A stretch of DNA of 63,745 nucleotides, filler included, from Hausera hauseri (Eukaryota): assembly GCA_046269625.1 (NCBI GenBank). It is 10 parts of 10 records of this genome, joined end to end, with 100 filler letters (N's around TTAATTAATTAA, not from the genome) between each part and the next. Parts side by side here need not be neighbours in the genome. Positions count along the whole stretch, not along the records: positions 59,107 to 63,745 come from JBJURY010492909.1; 9 more parts are not named here. One strand, 5' to 3'. How positions within the stretch are numbered: the stretch's first letter is position 1; each line of letters opens with the position of its first letter. Shown piece by piece: positions 61,560 to 63,745 of the stretch. A program made the translations under genes and the position numbers. The notes beneath the pieces were generated by a model. That model was not told the origin of the DNA. It was given only the letters and a program-made list of their open reading frames with translations, and ran no database searches.

Positions 61560-63100
61560 AGCTCGATTTAACTCATGTGCTTGTTGTCGTGGAAAATCAA
61601 GGAATTGCCTGAAAGCCTCAATTTGCTTCGGTCTGTATATACCTTTCTATCAGGTGTCTTGAAATTTATCGTCTGTAATTCCTTTCGCAAGATTGGTTAC
61701 TGTTAATTTGTTTGGAGAGGCAATAATACCTCCATTTGGCAAGCTCACCTAGTTCGTCTCACTACGTCTAAACATAGGTTCTCCTAAGCTTGCCTTACAA
61801 TTTTTAAGAATGATCGGTTGGGTGGCGTTATCCAATAATACTCTTGTTAGCAGTGTAGCTAACCTCGGAATATTTTGGTAAATAACGGGGAGTTCCTGAA
61901 TGCAACGTTTTTCTTCCACGTTGATGGGTACATCTTTCTTTTAGCATTCATAGGTTAGCAATACTTCGCCTGTCACCAGACCGAAAATTCCTTCTCTCAT
62001 GGGAATTATTAGAGAAGCCAATTCTGGATTTGCATAGATAAGAGCCATTTTAGTCCTCATAATTTCAGTATCTAATTTGCAGTCATTCATTATCATTTTA
62101 TGATATAATTCTGTTATTCCGACTTGTCCCTTATAATAAAAGTAATCATCTTTATTTTTCATGTAAAATTGAATGCGAACATCCTGCGTTTCTAGTTTAT
62201 ACGTTTTCTCGCTTATCTCCGTTTCTACGACGAAAAATGCCTCATAGTTGGTAGCAAACATCACTGCCTCACAGCGAGAAATCATCTCCTTTTTTATAAA
62301 TTTCAATCCATGTTGATCCGAAATTAATATGATAGGTGCAGTGTTCTAATACGTCCTCACGTTTCCTCGAATTAGTTTCTGATTTGTCCATATATCGCAT
62401 TCCTGTAGTCTCATTGAACTTTAGTTCTTTAATTTTAATAAAATTACAATTACTTCCAGAGGGCGGTTCCCATACTATAACCGAACTTCTAAAAGAACAG
62501 GTTCCATCTTGTAAATGACATTTTTGAACCTCAGTGTATAAATAGGTGACGCTATGAAACATTACTTTCTGTGATCGCATTTCCGATTTATAGAAATCTA
62601 CGACTAACACGTTCGATTGCAGTCCTTTTCCGGTGTCATATTCTGCTCCATAACAATGTCCACTAAGCATGTCTAATCTTCCGGCCACTACCTTTATGCC
62701 CTAATTATCTTTCCGGGTTGCATTTCTAATTCCATACTGTCCCACTGCACCGTTCAAGTCTCCTTCGCCTGCTTGCAATGCTGGTGTTCTAAGTTCATTG
62801 GTATTAGCGCAGTTGTTGGCTTGATTATAGAGGAATATCTGTATACTAATCCGCAGTGGAAAATACTACGTGATCGTCTCAGCATGCATTCCATTCCATC
62901 CAATGGTATCAGTTCTTATTGCTGGTACAGAAAGTACTTCTTCTGTCTTGTTTCTAGCTTGTGTGGTCTGGCATCTTCGCACACTTCCAGATCCATTAGT
63001 GAATATCTCTGATCTAATTTAAATTTATCGCAATCATAGATGGTAACTGCACCTATGTGTTTTATTAGCATCATTAAAGTGAGTAGGCTAATTAGCCAAT
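61300..63100 (-). pseudogene. env: Envelope glycoprotein, chuvirus-like (copy C)
   Basis: NWLISLLTLMMLIKHIGA|VTIYDC, IFHCG, CHLQDGTC, NDCKLD, GEVLLTYEC, TM WGRFLIFGQTASGFLAIYFLIQII. Confidence 0.88.
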
Positions 63101-63745
63101 TTGATTCATTTTTCGGCGGCCAACACCCATCGTTGTTAAGTTGTATATTATATCGTCGAGTCTATTACTGGTCCGTATGTCTTCTTTGTCAAACAGCCTT
63201 GCCCAATTTACTTCGCAAAGCATTCTTCTTGCTGCTTTTCGTGCTAGGCTTATATCTCTGTTGATTTCACCCTCTCGGTTAGGGTTTGTTTTGATACCTA
63301 AATATAACAACACTTTTCTCAACTCCTCGTTGGTGTTTTCTACCATGATCTTCTCGATAACCGATTCATCGGCTAAGTTACTTTTCGATAGATTGAAATG
63401 TGAACTTCGCATCGTTTGGCTGCATCGAATATTATCTTCTCGTTGTCGTCTAGTAAATTATTTCAAAGACTGCAATAGTTTACAATTCGTATTAAGTTCT
63501 TCATTAGTTCGTTTAATTCCTCGTTGTCTGTACTAAGAGTCGGAATCGACATCTGTCTCAATTCTCTAATCAGCTCTCCATTGTAATTCATTTCTTCTCG
63601 CGTTTTCTTAGGCCTACCTATGGTTGCTTTGGTCTTGGTCCTTTAGTGGTCGTTTTCTCAATGTCACAAAATTTATGTCGTATTGTTCCTTATCCTCGTC
63701 CGTTTGTAAATACTCAAAATACAGTGCAGCGTCTCGAACTCCCAT

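Larger units (their letters stand above)
59107..63745 (-). mobile_element. Ty3/Gypsy retroelement copy C: accessory region end, env, protease, dUTPase-like, RT
   Basis: Colinear with copy B 6793-10545; continues into RT (RFCIDYRALN, TTLDLQSGY, KTAFKT..MPFG, AYLDDVMI). Confidence 0.93.

Noticed and set aside
62355-62375. Furin site in Env (NSRKR)
   Set aside because: Does not fit R-X-K/R-R and is not conserved (SRTR in B, absent in A)

Overview
This is eukaryotic (animal, AT-rich, short-intron) DNA made of 10 unrelated contigs joined by artificial 100-bp N44-TTAATTAATTAA-N44 spacers, so adjacency across spacers carries no biological meaning. Most of it is decayed mobile DNA. The main discovery is a Ty3/Gypsy family, seen as five partial copies (1-6692, 6793-14697, 37920-39700, 59107-63745, and probably 54900-58150). 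In it, a chuvirus-type (class III/gB-like) fusion glycoprotein lies between gag and pol. It is preceded by an internal signal peptide and fused in-frame through its TM and cytoplasmic tail to the aspartic protease. A ~1200-aa accessory region containing a ubiquitin-like domain sits between Gag and Env, and a second signal-peptide-bearing surface protein follows the integrase. The inferred layout is Gag-X(UBL)-Env-PR-dUTPase-like-RT-RH-IN-surface protein 2, probably as one polyprotein. Also present are two apparently nested Maverick/Polinton ends with pPolB, a penton fragment, three ordinary Gypsy relics, hAT-like and Tc1/mariner fragments, an SMG1 3' fragment with a partial duplication, an OGT pseudogene, a vertebrate-like SLC28 exon, a ~5.7-kb TTCC/TTCG microsatellite and a 16-bp satellite. 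All family assignments come from motif recognition by eye; no searches were run.
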